In this document: positions 1 through 19,620 of the stretch, in pieces
Position numbering within the stretch: the first letter of the stretch is position 1
Layout: each line of letters begins with the position of its first letter
Virus record (IMG/VR): IMGVR_UViG_3300042569_001733
Location: 1 to 55,029 of that record
Direction: 5' to 3' (one strand)
Length of the DNA: 55,029 bases
DNA from: a virus
Lineage: Duplodnaviria; Caudoviricetes
Notes under the pieces: generated by a model
What the model saw: the letters and a program-made list of their open reading frames with translations, nothing else
The model's database searches: none
Told to the model about the DNA's origin: nothing
Made by a program: the position numbers and the translations under genes

Positions 1-2407
1 TAGGAACTACCGTTCCCTCAGACTCCTTTGTCTCTTCGTTTAAGAAAATACCGATACGGTCTTCGTTCTTTCTGTAAATTTCAGATGCCTCGGATACAAC
101 TTTACATGTTCCTAACGCATCACGTGCAGACGAGCCAAGCAATTTAATCGCGCCCTCAACTGCCCAGGATAGAACCGCTGGAAGGGCTCCTTCAGGATCA
201 AAGATGTAGTGCTTTAGGTCTGGGTCTGGACTTTCAGGAACGTTTGTTAACGGCACGGGACGAATACGACGCCACATCGCATCATCGTTAATGATAGGTC
301 GGTGATTTGTAGTTACCCAAAGTTTTGCGCGAGAAGAAAATGTAAACGGTTTTTCACCAGGTGAACGAGCTGAGATTTCAGAAGAGCCTGTAAGTTTCTT
401 AACTGAGTTTTCCTTAAGTCTTTCAGACTCTGGAAGTTCGTCAACCCATACCATACGACGTCCGCGCAGCTCAGCCCAGTGATAAAGATCTGAGCCATTA
501 GCCTGTCCGTCGTTTTGTGCAAGGATAGAAGAGTCTAACGGCCACGCATATTGTTGCGTGCCCATGCACTTTACTAAAGCTTCAACTAATGTGTTCTTAC
601 CTGAACCAGCAGGTCCGTAAATTAAAAACATTACGTCGTACGTACGTAGACCAGTTAGCGAGTATCCAGCTGCACGCTGCAACCAATCCTGTAATTCTCT
701 GTCTCCACCTGTTGCAAAATCTAAGAACTGTTCCCACTTAACATTTCGCATTCCTGGCGTGTATGCAACAGGTGCGCGGCGTGTAATAAATAAATCAGGA
801 CGGCCTTTAAGTAATTCACCAGTACGAAGATCAATAACTCCGTTTGCAACACCAAGCAGTGTTTCATCTGAGTCCCAGGCGTTAACCTCAACCTGTACAC
901 GAGGATCGGACGTTGCGTTTTCAATACAGCCTGCGATGCGCGAGTTAGACTTAGCCTGCAGTGCCCACTTCATTAACTCTGACTGCTTGTCTGCATCCTC
1001 GTAGTTAACAACCTCGGATGCAATAACCGGTGCAAGCTTCTTTGTTAACTCCTGTAGTTCAAGATTTTCTACGTCAGGCTTCCAGTATCCGCCGTCCCAG
1101 TGAAACCAACCAAGTCCAGGTGTGTAACGAATTGCAGGACCAAACGAGTCTACAAGACGACGACCGTTTCCTGTATCTGTAAGTGTGCGCTTACCAGGTT
1201 CTCCGCCGTCATTTTCGTTAACCGCGTCAACGTCCTTAGGTACATCCATCTTTAAAAGACTTGATGCCTCGGAAATTGAATCACCGTCTGTTATAGACTG
1301 TGTAATAGATCCGCCGATAGTTCCAGGCATGTTATACGTGTCCTGCGGTGAATAATTTTCAGTTGTTCTAATTTCCTTTTGTTTTGCAGGCTTAGAACGT
1401 GTTTCATCTTGAGACTTGTTAGCCCATTCTTGTAATCCTGGCCACATGCGCTCTGATTTTGGATTGTCAATAACAAACTGTATAGCTCTGCGAACGTGCA
1501 TTAACAATCCGCCTTGGCCTTCAAGCTCAAGCGGCGGACGTACTTTTTCAGCGTTAAAGCGAATCATCATTGTTTCAACAGCAAGCTTTCCAGCCTCTGT
1601 GTTAACCGGGAACTTATTAGCAAGTGCGCACGTCATCGAGTAGATATCAACCGCGCGTGAGCCTTCCTCAATTCCTTCTTCAAGCAAACGCTCGACGTCG
1701 ATACGCTCGCCTGCAAAGTCTAGATCCTCTAGGAAACTCCAGTCGCCTTCACCAAGATTTGTGCCACCGCGTCGACTATTCTTTTTACGCAGAGACTGCA
1801 ATAGCTCTTCAGGTGCGGTTGCCATCTCAATTTCCCACGGCGCATGTCCTGGTGCCCACTCGTAACAAACTCCAGAGAAGTGTCGTGACGGAGTAATGAG
1901 AACATATCCGTTGTGCTTAATATCAACGCCCGGAAGATTTGCTTTCTTAAGATTTCCAACGAGCTGCTCTGACTCTTCACACTTATAAAATAGGTGACGT
2001 CCTCGCATAACTTTTCCACCTGCGATTGTGTACTCACCTGTGATTGCCTCAACTGTTGGAGGCAGGAATCCTTCGACTAAAGCTTCAAACTTTTCAAATG
2101 AATCTGGTCCACCTGAGCGCGGATCAATATCAATTACAAAAAATCCACTTGAACGACACATGACACCGATGTTCATGTTTGGATCTCTGTCCCACCAAGA
2201 GTTAACAGTTGCAGCGTCTGTAGTCGCGAACTTGTTCCACTCTGGAAGTGATGGGTGCTTGCCTACATCTTTTGGCTCAACGTGTGCGCCGCCACAAGTA
2301 CAGCGGCCTCCGACGATTCCATAGCAAGGAAGTATTGACCAATTATGAGTTGCATACCAACTTGCAGCAGGACCTAAACGTCCCTCAGCTGATTCCCATA
2401 CGCTCAT
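1..2407 (-). CDS. Bifunctional DNA primase/polymerase fused to D5/P4-type SF3 helicase (3' end runs off the window)
   Basis: Not in the ORF track. Manual translation from ATG at 2407 gives MSVWESAEGRLGPAASWYATHNWSILPCYGIVGGRCTCGGAHVEPKDVGKHP...NIGVMCRSSGFFVIDIDPRSGG...GRHLFY (Prim-Pol motifs DxD, H). In-frame Walker A YGPAGSGKNT at ~590-619. Confidence 0.9.
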   Translation of the reverse strand, partial: MSVWESAEGRLGPAASWYATHNWSILPCYGIVGGRCTCGGAHVEPKDVGKHPSLPEWNKFATTDAATVNSWWDRDPNMNIGVMCRSSGFFVIDIDPRSGGPDSFEKFEALVEGFLPPTVEAITGEYTIAGGKVMRGRHLFYKCEESEQLVGNLKKANLPGVDIKHNGYVLITPSRHFSGVCYEWAPGHAPWEIEMATAPEELLQSLRKKNSRRGGTNLGEGDWSFLEDLDFAGERIDVERLLEEGIEEGSRAVDIYSMTCALANKFPVNTEAGKLAVETMMIRFNAEKVRPPLELEGQGGLLMHVRRAIQFVIDNPKSERMWPGLQEWANKSQDETRSKPAKQKEIRTTENYSPQDTYNMPGTIGGSITQSITDGDSISEASSLLKMDVPKDVDAVNENDGGEPGKRTLTDTGNGRRLVDSFGPAIRYTPGLGWFHWDGGYWKPDVENLELQELTKKLAPVIASEVVNYEDADKQSELMKWALQAKSNSRIAGCIENATSDPRVQVEVNAWDSDETLLGVANGVIDLRTGELLKGRPDLFITRRAPVAYTPGMRNVKWEQFLDFATGGDRELQDWLQRAAGYSLTGLRTYDVMFLIYGPAGSGKNTLVEALVKCMGTQQYAWPLDSSILAQNDGQANGSDLYHWAELRGRRMVWVDELPESERLKENSVKKLTGSSEISARSPGEKPFTFSSRAKLWVTTNHRPIINDDAMWRRIRPVPLTNVPESPDPDLKHYIFDPEGALPAVLSWAVEGAIKLLGSSARDALGTCKVVSEASEIYRKNEDRIGIFLNEETKESEGTVVP

Positions 2408-2631
2408 ATTTGATTACCCTGCTTTAGCATCTATGCGTCGTTAGCTCCAATCAAATTATGTAAAACTCTATTTTTCTAGAGAAGAGCTATCATATCACTT
2501 ATCTAGAATCTTTGTTACTTGGCGACTATAAAGGGTACCTACCCTAAAAGTAAACAACCGAAACAACTAATATCTTAATCCTTAATATATAATTTGATAT
2601 ATCTTTAATACCCGACCGAAAGGCAACTACC

Positions 2632-3006
2632 TTGCTAAGTCAACTATCGATGCAGGTAGGCGCTGTGGTTGGAATCATAGGCGGAGGCTTATTTCTCCTA
2701 GCCTTCATCTACAAGATATACAAGATCATTAACCGCGTAGAGTCGGCCATCGGTGTAGACGAGCAGGGAAGAACGATGTCCGACCGTATGGATCGCGTCG
2801 AGTATCAGCTCTGGGAAAATGGAGGAAACTCCATGAAGGACCAGATGAACGCTAGCTCACAGCTTGCCAAGGAGACGGCGGTAGAGGTTAAGTTCATCAA
2901 GGATGTACTGCTCCAACTACTTTCTATTCCTGAAATGCACCAGGGCACCGCGCCCGTTGAGCCAAAGATGACAAAGACCCGTAAAAAGAAAGATCCATCC
3001 ATCTAA
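2632..3006 (+). CDS. Membrane protein, possibly holin-like
   Basis: One N-terminal hydrophobic helix (VGAVVGIIGGGLFLLAFIY), then a coiled region with NGGNSMKD, a pattern typical of small actinophage lysis-region membrane proteins. GAAAGG RBS before the TTG. Confidence 0.5.
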   Translation: MLSQLSMQVGAVVGIIGGGLFLLAFIYKIYKIINRVESAIGVDEQGRTMSDRMDRVEYQLWENGGNSMKDQMNASSQLAKETAVEVKFIKDVLLQLLSIPEMHQGTAPVEPKMTKTRKKKDPSI

Positions 3007-3237
3007 AAGAAGCAGTTTTCTTCACCGCTAGTTTTAACCTCTTCTGTACTGTATTCCTGTTGTAAGTACACTAAAAAGCATAGTTAAGAATACTTTTAAT
3101 TTAACTATTTATATGCCAAATAAGCAGTACTTTTGCTCACTTCTTGTTACAATTTTCCTAACTGTTAGCCCGTGGCTTATAGTTCACTTAACTGGAGATG
3201 CCGTTAAGTAGCGTGTAGACAATACTTGGAGAGCTAT

Positions 3238-3516
3238 ATGTCACTTGCTGAACGTCTATCTCAATCAACAGGAATCGGTGCAGGACTGCCATGTAAGCTT
3301 GGGAGTCTCCTAACAGGAAGCCAGCTTTCAAAGGAAGACAAGGCAAAACTTGCCGAGGTACTTGAGGTTCCCTACGGTGCCCCAGGACGTCTTCCTAACA
3401 CAACCATCGCCGCGGCTCTAAGAGAAGAAGGCTTAGACGTAGGAGATACAGCGGTGACAAAACATCGCCGCGGCGCTTGTCGCTGCTTCGGATCTAATCC
3501 TAAGATCAGTGCGTAG
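3238..3516 (+). CDS. Hypothetical protein, possible Zn-binding HTH
   Basis: ORF with an N-terminal Cys and C-terminal HRRGACRC. GGAG RBS favours ATG 3238. Abuts the next gene. Confidence 0.6.
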   Translation: MSLAERLSQSTGIGAGLPCKLGSLLTGSQLSKEDKAKLAEVLEVPYGAPGRLPNTTIAAALREEGLDVGDTAVTKHRRGACRCFGSNPKISA

Positions 3517-4710
3517 ATGACGCTATTTGACAAGCTCTCTGTTCCGGGGCGCTCTGGATCAGACTTTAAGACGAAGAACAGCGCTCCTGATGAGGCATGG
3601 CGTCCACGCATGGACGTAGGAGATGACGGCGGTTATGTAATCTCTATACCGCGACCTATCTCTGATATTCCTGATGCAAGAGAATTACTAATAGAATTTG
3701 ACCTTAATCCAGAGCATTGGGCGATTACGTCGGTAAGAAAATCGCGTTGGCAAAGATACGACGGCGAGCTTTTAGAATCACAAAGAATTAACATCGTTCC
3801 AATATCATCTCAAACAGAGTTAGACCTAGACATAAAAGATCTAATGAAGAGTATGCAAAATTGGAAGCCTGGCAAGAAGCCTCCAGTGACAACCGGAGAC
3901 CTTGCCTTTATTTTTGCGCCCAGCGACCAGCAACTAGGTAAGAAAGCTAACGGAGAGGGCACCAAGGAGACAGTAGAGCGTATTCAAACAGCAACTGAAG
4001 GTGCGGTTCATCGTTTACACGACCTTAGAAAAGTTGGAAGAGGCATAGGCACGGTTGTTATCGCGCTCCTAGGAGATCACGTTGAAGGTAACGTTTCTCA
4101 GGGTGGAAGACTGCAAAGTCACTCCGCGTCGGATATGGGTCTTACCGAACAGATACGCGTAGGCATAGGTGTGCTTATGGTTCAAATAAAGGCATTTGCA
4201 CCTCTAGTAGATCGCGTTGTAGTTGCGGTAGTAAACGGTAACCACGATGAGGTTAGCCGTCAGGTTGTGCTTGACCCATCTGAAGGATGGAATACGCACA
4301 TCGCAAACGTAGCCCAGTCTATCTGCGCTGAAAGCAGTGCGCTATCGCACGTAGAGTTTAGGTTCCCTGCAAAAGATCATCAAACACTTGCCGTTGAGGT
4401 ATGCGGAACGATGATCGGATTATTTCATGGGCACCAAAGTGGAAGAGACGTTACCAAGTATCTATCAGAGCAGGCAGCGGGTCAAACTGCTCTCGGCGGA
4501 TGCGATGTTTGGTTATCAGGACACTTCCACAACTTTAGATCTATGGACGTCGGCGGAAGATTTTGGGCGCAATGTCCCACTGTTGACCCAGGCTCAGCAT
4601 GGTTTAGAGACCGACGTGGCCTAGAGTCTAACCCTGGTATATTGACCATGGTCGTAGGTAAAGATCACGATCCAAGGCTTGATGTTAGCGTAATTCCAGC
4701 CAATAAATAA
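3517..4710 (+). CDS. Calcineurin-like metallophosphoesterase / nuclease
   Basis: Motifs SDQQ, GDHVEG, GNHDE, FHGH and GHFH in the canonical order. Confidence 0.85.
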   Translation: MTLFDKLSVPGRSGSDFKTKNSAPDEAWRPRMDVGDDGGYVISIPRPISDIPDARELLIEFDLNPEHWAITSVRKSRWQRYDGELLESQRINIVPISSQTELDLDIKDLMKSMQNWKPGKKPPVTTGDLAFIFAPSDQQLGKKANGEGTKETVERIQTATEGAVHRLHDLRKVGRGIGTVVIALLGDHVEGNVSQGGRLQSHSASDMGLTEQIRVGIGVLMVQIKAFAPLVDRVVVAVVNGNHDEVSRQVVLDPSEGWNTHIANVAQSICAESSALSHVEFRFPAKDHQTLAVEVCGTMIGLFHGHQSGRDVTKYLSEQAAGQTALGGCDVWLSGHFHNFRSMDVGGRFWAQCPTVDPGSAWFRDRRGLESNPGILTMVVGKDHDPRLDVSVIPANK

Positions 4711-4804
4711 TAAAATATCCAAGTAAAGATTTTATTTATTTGGTAGTATGTACCTGTCTCCTATTATTGTCTCTGCGATGTTCTGAGAGATATAGGTACG
4801 TTAA

Positions 4805-7087
<2,283 letters not shown>

Positions 7088-7100
7088 GGGAGGATAGTAA

Positions 7101-8792
<1,692 letters not shown>

Positions 8793-8878
8793 TCCTTTCT
8801 TATAATACCTTAAGTCATCTTCTTTCCTAAAGGATAAAATATCTTTCGGGAACCTCTCTGTTCCCAACACTCGAGTGA

Positions 8879-11260
<2,382 letters not shown>

Positions 11261-11274
11261 CCCCTTCTTAAAGG

Positions 11275-11313
11275 AAACTGCCCGTTCTTCTCCAGAAGAG
11301 CGGGCAGTTTTTT
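11275..11313 (+). terminator. Rho-independent terminator
   Basis: AAACTGCCCGTTCTTCT-CC-AGAAGAGCGGGCAGTTT hairpin followed by a T-run, just after the stop at 11260. Confidence 0.85.
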
Positions 11314-11378
11314 ATGCTCGTTTTTAAGATAAACATCGAGATTTATAGTATAGTATACCCATACCTTTGCAGCAGTGA

Positions 11379-14404
<3,026 letters not shown>

Positions 14405-14408
<4 letters not shown>

Positions 14409-15580
14409 CAACTAATTATAAGATATTAGGACAGACTGCTCCTGCTGTAGGCGGTGAATTACTTAACTACACAGTTCCCGCTGCTACCTCTACATTAGTG
14501 CGCTCAATTAACGTAACTAATACCTCTGCAACTGCAGATACTTACAGTCTTGCTATTGCACCAAAAAACTTGTTTGTAGGAATTGTTGATTATTCAACCA
14601 CAGCAACATACTCTACCGATGGTATTACTTGGACATCAACAACTTTGCCAGTCGCGTCTACTTCTGTATGGCGCGTTTCGTATGGAAATGGTGTATTTGT
14701 TGCAATCCAGCCTGATTCAACAACAGCATTCTATTCTACTAATGGAATATCTTGGAGTACAACAACCATGATATCAGATGGACAGTATGGAAATTGGCGT
14801 GGTTTAGCTTTTGGTAACGGTACTTTTGTTGCTACTGCTCAAAACACATCAGTTTCAGCTACTTCTACTAATGGTATTACTTGGACTCAAAGAAGTATGC
14901 CATCAAGTAAAAATTGGACTGCAGCGGTCTATGGAAACAATACGTTTGTTGTATTAACATCATTTTCTACTACAGCCGCCTCGTCTACAGACGGCATTAC
15001 TTGGACTGAAATAACTATGCCAGTGTCTGTTAATTTTAAAAACGTAGTTTTTGGTAAAGGTATATTTGTTGCAGTAGCAGGTGAATCAACCACATCCGTA
15101 TCTTCAACAGATGGAATTACTTGGACTGTAAGAACTCTGCCGTCTGCACCTGATTGGGTTGGGTTGGCTTATGGAAATGGTGTATTTGTTGCAACAGGAG
15201 CTTATTTTGGTTCTTCTAACGCATCGATATATTCTACTGATGGAATAACTTGGACAGCAACAACTATGCCAAATACAGCCGCTTGGGAATCGGTAGCGTA
15301 TGGAAGTAATGTTTTCGTTGCAGTGGGGTTTGGCTATGGGGGAGGTAAAGCAAGCTCAACTAACGGAATTACTTGGACTATCAGAACAATTCCAGAAATA
15401 AAAAGAATAGGATATAGCAATACAGAATCATCTAACTTTATTGCTTATAACAATTCTATTCCTGGAAATTCAACGGTAACTATAAAAGCAGGATACACGT
15501 TGCCAGCATCTGGCGGTATCAGAGTAACATCTACTAACGGTACCTCTACATTTTCAACATTCGGAGCGGAGATTTCATAA
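14405..15580 (+). CDS. Asp-box/BNR repeat beta-propeller protein (paralog of the preceding gene)
   Basis: Same ST(D/N)GITW repeats. Shares the N-terminal YKILGQ and C-terminal TFS.(Y/F)G.E.S with the preceding gene. ATGA overlap. Confidence 0.75.
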
Positions 15581-15924
15581 TGAGTAAACTTGTCTACAGA
15601 GGAGGAAGCGGCACGTCTACTGTGCAGTCCATCACCCTTGCAGCTGGTACTACGACAATTCCTTTTAGTAGCTATGGCACTATTCTCGTAACACCAAACG
15701 CTACTGCCTCCTATACGGCAACAACAACAGCGGCAACTGCGGGGGATAAAGCAACACTACTTATTGTTACTAGCGGTACATCCTCATACACGATTACATT
15801 TAGCACTGGTTTTAAGCCAAATGGTACTTTGGCTACTGGTACAGTAACCGCAAAGACATTTGCCCTCACATACGTTTTTGATGGCACTAATTGGCTAGAA
15901 TTAAGCCGCACTACCGCACTATAA
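15580..15924 (+). CDS. Small Thr-rich beta protein, fibre-tip-like
   Basis: Overlaps the upstream stop. Ends in YVFDGTNW, a pattern common in phage fibre C-terminal domains. Confidence 0.6.
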   Translation: MSKLVYRGGSGTSTVQSITLAAGTTTIPFSSYGTILVTPNATASYTATTTAATAGDKATLLIVTSGTSSYTITFSTGFKPNGTLATGTVTAKTFALTYVFDGTNWLELSRTTAL

Positions 15925-15938
15925 AAAGGAGAAATGCA

Positions 15939-16277
15939 ATGACAGCACGTTATGAACTAGATGCAGATAACGCGGTAAAGGTGTTTTACCCAGATTCTGA
16001 TGTCGCATCCCTATATCAACCTAATTGGCCTAACGGCGATGCTTGGGCAGATGCAGCAGAGGCTTCTGCGTGGGCTGTTCTCTACCTTGCATCTATCAAT
16101 GACGAAGATGCCCCATATGCACCAGGTGCACGTGGTGAGGCTGGTCGCGCAAAGCCAACAGCAGAGCAGAAGGCAGCTATTGAAGCAGCCCGTGCAACGC
16201 TAGAAGCAGCAACAACACCAGAAGAGCGTCAAGCAGCCCAGGCTGCTCTACAGGCAATCTACGAGGCAATGAACTAA
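15939..16277 (+). CDS. Hypothetical protein, possible fibre assembly chaperone
   Basis: AAGGAG RBS before ATG 15939. Last gene before a terminator in the fibre operon. Confidence 0.6.
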   Translation: MTARYELDADNAVKVFYPDSDVASLYQPNWPNGDAWADAAEASAWAVLYLASINDEDAPYAPGARGEAGRAKPTAEQKAAIEAARATLEAATTPEERQAAQAALQAIYEAMN

Positions 16278-16290
16278 ACCTTAACGTATA

Positions 16291-16328
16291 AAGGCCGTCT
16301 AGTGAAAACTAGGCGGCTTTTTACTTTT
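16291..16328 (+). terminator. Rho-independent terminator
   Basis: AAGGCCGTCTAGT-GAAA-ACTAGGCGGCTTT hairpin with a GNRA loop and a T-rich tail. Confidence 0.85.
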
Positions 16329-16331
16329 GTA

Positions 16332-16340
16332 TGTTACTAT
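16332..16340 (+). promoter_or_regulatory. Putative extended -10 promoter (TGnTAnnnT) for a leaderless sulfotransferase transcript
   Basis: TGTTACTAT separated by 6 nt from ATG 16347, with no Shine-Dalgarno in between. Confidence 0.55.
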
Positions 16341-16346
16341 TTACCT

Positions 16347-17171
16347 ATGACTACACATGACGAAAAGAAATTCTTTTTTATGGCAGGGCTTCCACGCTCA
16401 GGAGGCACGCTGCTATCTTCTATTCTTAATCAAAATCCAGATATATACGTCTCACCGCAGTCGACTCTTCCTAACACCCTAGGCGCCGCGTACAACCAGT
16501 ATCAAAGTAAAGAGAATAAAGACGCTAATCAATTTGATCATATCTACGCTGTTATGGAAACAATCATTCCAATATTCTACAGTGTCCGCCCGGAGAAGTA
16601 CATCGTCGATAAGAACTTCTCCTGGCTAGACGGGCACCCGTACGTAATTCTAGAAAACCACCTTAAAAATGATATTAGGGTTATATGTCCAGTGCGTGAT
16701 GTTTTAGGTATACTTGCGTCATGGAATAGACTATGTGAAAATGACCCTAATAACGAATACGACAAGACTATATATAAAAAATATAGAGACAAAAGCTTGA
16801 TGGCTGACAAAAGAGCCCGTTACTTCATGGAGCTTGGTGACGAAGAAAATGGAATTCTAAAGGGAATTGAAAATCTTAAACGAGTGCTATATCCTGAGTT
16901 CAAGGATAATATTCTACTAGTAGACTATGACGACCTTACTAAGGACACGGAAAGTACTATAGGCAAGGTGTACGATTTCCTTGAGATTCCTAACTACACC
17001 CATGCGTATAAGTCACTATCTACACCTCATAAGTATGAAGATACTTGGGGAGTTAAGGATCACCATAAGGTGAAGTCGACTATCAAGCGTGAAGAATACG
17101 ACTACAGTAAGATATTTTCGCCTGCAACAATTAAGCAATACTCGGGACTAGAGTTTTGGAGAAACACATGA
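16347..17171 (+). CDS. PAPS-dependent sulfotransferase
   Basis: 5'-PSB loop GLPRSGGTLL, DK motif, 3'-PB-like VRDVLGILASW, and the YDDL...IYDFLE-type C-terminal pattern of sulfotransferases. Confidence 0.85.
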   Translation: MTTHDEKKFFFMAGLPRSGGTLLSSILNQNPDIYVSPQSTLPNTLGAAYNQYQSKENKDANQFDHIYAVMETIIPIFYSVRPEKYIVDKNFSWLDGHPYVILENHLKNDIRVICPVRDVLGILASWNRLCENDPNNEYDKTIYKKYRDKSLMADKRARYFMELGDEENGILKGIENLKRVLYPEFKDNILLVDYDDLTKDTESTIGKVYDFLEIPNYTHAYKSLSTPHKYEDTWGVKDHHKVKSTIKREEYDYSKIFSPATIKQYSGLEFWRNT

Positions 17172-17923
17172 TCATTCAAATTATTGGACTACCAGGATCT
17201 GGTAAGACCACGTTAGCTAAAGCTCTTCTAGAGCACACGGATGCCATTCATCTTAATGCAGATGAGGTACGAGCTGATCTTAACAAGGACCTTGGTTTTA
17301 CTCCCGAGGATCGCATCGAGCAAGCTCGTCGTATGGGAGCTCTAGCTCGTTTGTTAGACGCGCAAGGGCGTTTAGTTGTGGTTGATTTTATATGTCCTAC
17401 CTTTGAAACGCGTAAGGTATTTGGTAAGCCAGACTACCTCGTGTGGGTAGACCGTATCGAGGAAGGACGCTTTGCAGACACAAACAAGATTTGGGAAGAC
17501 CCGCTGGAGTACAGTGTTCGCGTTGAGGCAGGGTGCACGGTAGAGGAAGAAGTTCAAATTGTCTTGACTGCAGCTGGTCTACACGACTGGAAAAAGCCAA
17601 CAACCTTAATGCTTGGACGCTATCAACCTTGGCACGAAGGCCATCATGCTCTCTACAATGAAGCCGGTAAACGAACACCGCAGGTTCTACTAGGAGTTCG
17701 CAACACGCAAGGAACAAGCGAGAAGGATCCGCTGTCGTTTGATCAGGTAAATTTTTATATCGACAAGGATCCAGCAATGAAGGACGCGATGGTTGTTCGG
17801 TTCCCCAACATCACTAACATTGTCTACGGGCGTGACGTCGGATACAAGATCGAGGAGGTTGTATTAGATGCTGCTACGCAGGCTATTAGCGCAACTCAAA
17901 AACGTAAAGAGATGGGCATATAA
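17168..17923 (+). CDS. cysC: Adenylylsulfate (APS) kinase fused to an HxGH nucleotidyltransferase domain (putative minimal PAPS synthase)
   Basis: N-terminus GLPGSGKTT, LNADEVR..LNKDLGF..EDR, FICP (CysC-like). C-terminus GRYQPWHEGH, YGRD, ISATQKR. Confidence 0.8.
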   Translation: MIIQIIGLPGSGKTTLAKALLEHTDAIHLNADEVRADLNKDLGFTPEDRIEQARRMGALARLLDAQGRLVVVDFICPTFETRKVFGKPDYLVWVDRIEEGRFADTNKIWEDPLEYSVRVEAGCTVEEEVQIVLTAAGLHDWKKPTTLMLGRYQPWHEGHHALYNEAGKRTPQVLLGVRNTQGTSEKDPLSFDQVNFYIDKDPAMKDAMVVRFPNITNIVYGRDVGYKIEEVVLDAATQAISATQKRKEMGI

Positions 17924-18025
17924 ATGAAAGAGTATACACTTGCTGTTGTTGCATCTCTTATAATTGCTGCAATTATGGTCTATTTTGTTGATAAAAAATT
18001 TGGAGGAGAGGATGAAGGTAACTAA
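17924..18025 (+). CDS. Small single-TM peptide
   Basis: Manual translation MKEYTLAVVASLIIAAIMVYFVDKKFGGEDEGN*. Starts right after the upstream stop and fills the operon gap. Confidence 0.45.
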   Translation: MKEYTLAVVASLIIAAIMVYFVDKKFGGEDEGN

Positions 18026-18215
18026 GGCTCGATCCTTTACTAAGTCGCTTAGCTACCGTATCTTTGGAACTTTAAGTTCTTTTGCTGTTGTGTTTGCCAT
18101 TACCGGCGAGGGCACATTGTCAGCCCTTATTGCCTTCTGGGAGACTGTAGTTAAAGTCGGTATCTACTATTGGCATGAAAGAATTTGGAACAAGATCAGC
18201 TGGGGAAGAAAATAG
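18012..18215 (+). CDS. DUF2061-like small membrane protein
   Basis: RSFTKSLSYRIFGT...YYWHERIW pattern. GGAG RBS before ATG 18012. Confidence 0.7.
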   Translation: MKVTKARSFTKSLSYRIFGTLSSFAVVFAITGEGTLSALIAFWETVVKVGIYYWHERIWNKISWGRK

Positions 18216-18883
18216 TGGAACATTACGACGTACTTATAGCAACGCCTGGCGCGATGCTCGAGGCGCAATATGTAAAGAGTCTAGTTGAGACGCTTGCAGA
18301 GTGCGACAAGCGCGGGATTACGTATAAGTGGCTTAATGCCTACGCCTCACTTGTTCATCATGCTCGCGAGCTAACCGCAAGTGGCGGTGAAGGTATGGAA
18401 TTAAACCCAGACCATCGTGGTCCTGTGGGAGATTCTGTAACATATAAAAAGATATTTTGGATTGACTCAGACATCGCTTGGACTCCTGAACAATTTTTTA
18501 AGCTATATGAATCAGAGTATGAAGTAGTTTCCGGGGCCTATATAGTCTCCGATGAGGTTACTACAACAGTTCATGCTTGGGGTAAACCAGGAGGAATCCC
18601 TATCCCAGAAATTATGAAGATGAAAGCGCCTCTTAAGGTTCAAAGCATCGGGTTTGGCTTTGTAACTATGAAATATGGTGTCTTTGAGCGTTTACCGCGC
18701 CCGTGGTTTAAACACTTTGACCAAACAGTTCCAACCGCTAGAGGTAATCAAGTTGTGGACTCTATCGGAGAAGACGTATCGTGGTGCATCAAAGCCTATC
18801 AAGCAGGTATTGAGATTTACTTTGACCCGTCTGTTTTAGTTAATCATATGAAGAAAAGAGCAATTACATGGCCAAAGAAATAA
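18215..18883 (+). CDS. GT-A fold glycosyltransferase
   Basis: IATP...AR...FWIDSD (DxD)...GFGF...GEDVSWC...H. Probable GTG start overlapping the upstream stop. Confidence 0.75.
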   Translation: MEHYDVLIATPGAMLEAQYVKSLVETLAECDKRGITYKWLNAYASLVHHARELTASGGEGMELNPDHRGPVGDSVTYKKIFWIDSDIAWTPEQFFKLYESEYEVVSGAYIVSDEVTTTVHAWGKPGGIPIPEIMKMKAPLKVQSIGFGFVTMKYGVFERLPRPWFKHFDQTVPTARGNQVVDSIGEDVSWCIKAYQAGIEIYFDPSVLVNHMKKRAITWPKK

Positions 18884-19581
18884 AAAAGAAGAGTGTCTAT
18901 ATCGCTACACCTATGTATGGAGCTATGTGTAGCGGTTACTTTGCTCGCAGCCTTACGGACCTTGTTATTAACCTTCTACAAAGTGGACACGAGGTCCACT
19001 TTCAAGATGTGTATAACTCAAGCCTTGTTACCGAGGCGCGAAATTTCTTAACAGAAGACTTCCTTCGCAAGGAGTATGACTACCTTCTATTTATTGACGC
19101 CGACCAGGGATTTAATCCACTGGGTGTGATTAAGATGATTGAAGAAGATGAAGACGTTATCTCCGGCGTAGTCCCGCTTAAGTTTCTAAACTGGGATGGT
19201 GTACTTAACGCCTCTCGTCAAGGGAAGATTGATCTATATAACTACACATCTGCCCATAATATTGTGCCTCTTAACGCAGATAACGTAGACCCTTCTCAGA
19301 AAATCGAGGTCGCGTCAGCTGGCACCGGGCTCATGCTTATCAGTCGTACAGTATTTGAAAAAATGATGCCTACAACTGAAGTCTACGGATTTGGCGGAAC
19401 ACCTTGTCTTAACCTTAGCAAAGGCGATGAGATTTATAACTTCTGGTCACTTGAGACTATTGATGGTATTAGGTTTGGAGAAGATGTTAATTTCTGCCGT
19501 AAATGGCGTGAACTTGGTGGAAAGATCTATACGACATTTTGGCCTCAGGCTACGCACGTTGGAACCTACGTCTATAAGTAG
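18868..19581 (+). CDS. GT-A fold glycosyltransferase
   Basis: IATPMYG...ARN...LFIDAD...GTGLMLISR...GEDVNFC...THVG. Confidence 0.8.
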   Translation: MAKEIKKKSVYIATPMYGAMCSGYFARSLTDLVINLLQSGHEVHFQDVYNSSLVTEARNFLTEDFLRKEYDYLLFIDADQGFNPLGVIKMIEEDEDVISGVVPLKFLNWDGVLNASRQGKIDLYNYTSAHNIVPLNADNVDPSQKIEVASAGTGLMLISRTVFEKMMPTTEVYGFGGTPCLNLSKGDEIYNFWSLETIDGIRFGEDVNFCRKWRELGGKIYTTFWPQATHVGTYVYK

Positions 19582-19620
19582 TAGTGTTCTGCATAAATAG
19601 ACACTTTCTAGCGTTATTCT

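Noticed and set aside
313-2324. Short ORFs listed in the track over 313-2324
   Set aside because: All overlap the long minus-strand primase-helicase frame, which carries clear motifs.
8824-8852. Imperfect hairpin between fibre genes 2 and 3
   Set aside because: Weak AT-rich stem with a mismatch and no T-tract, too weak to call a terminator.
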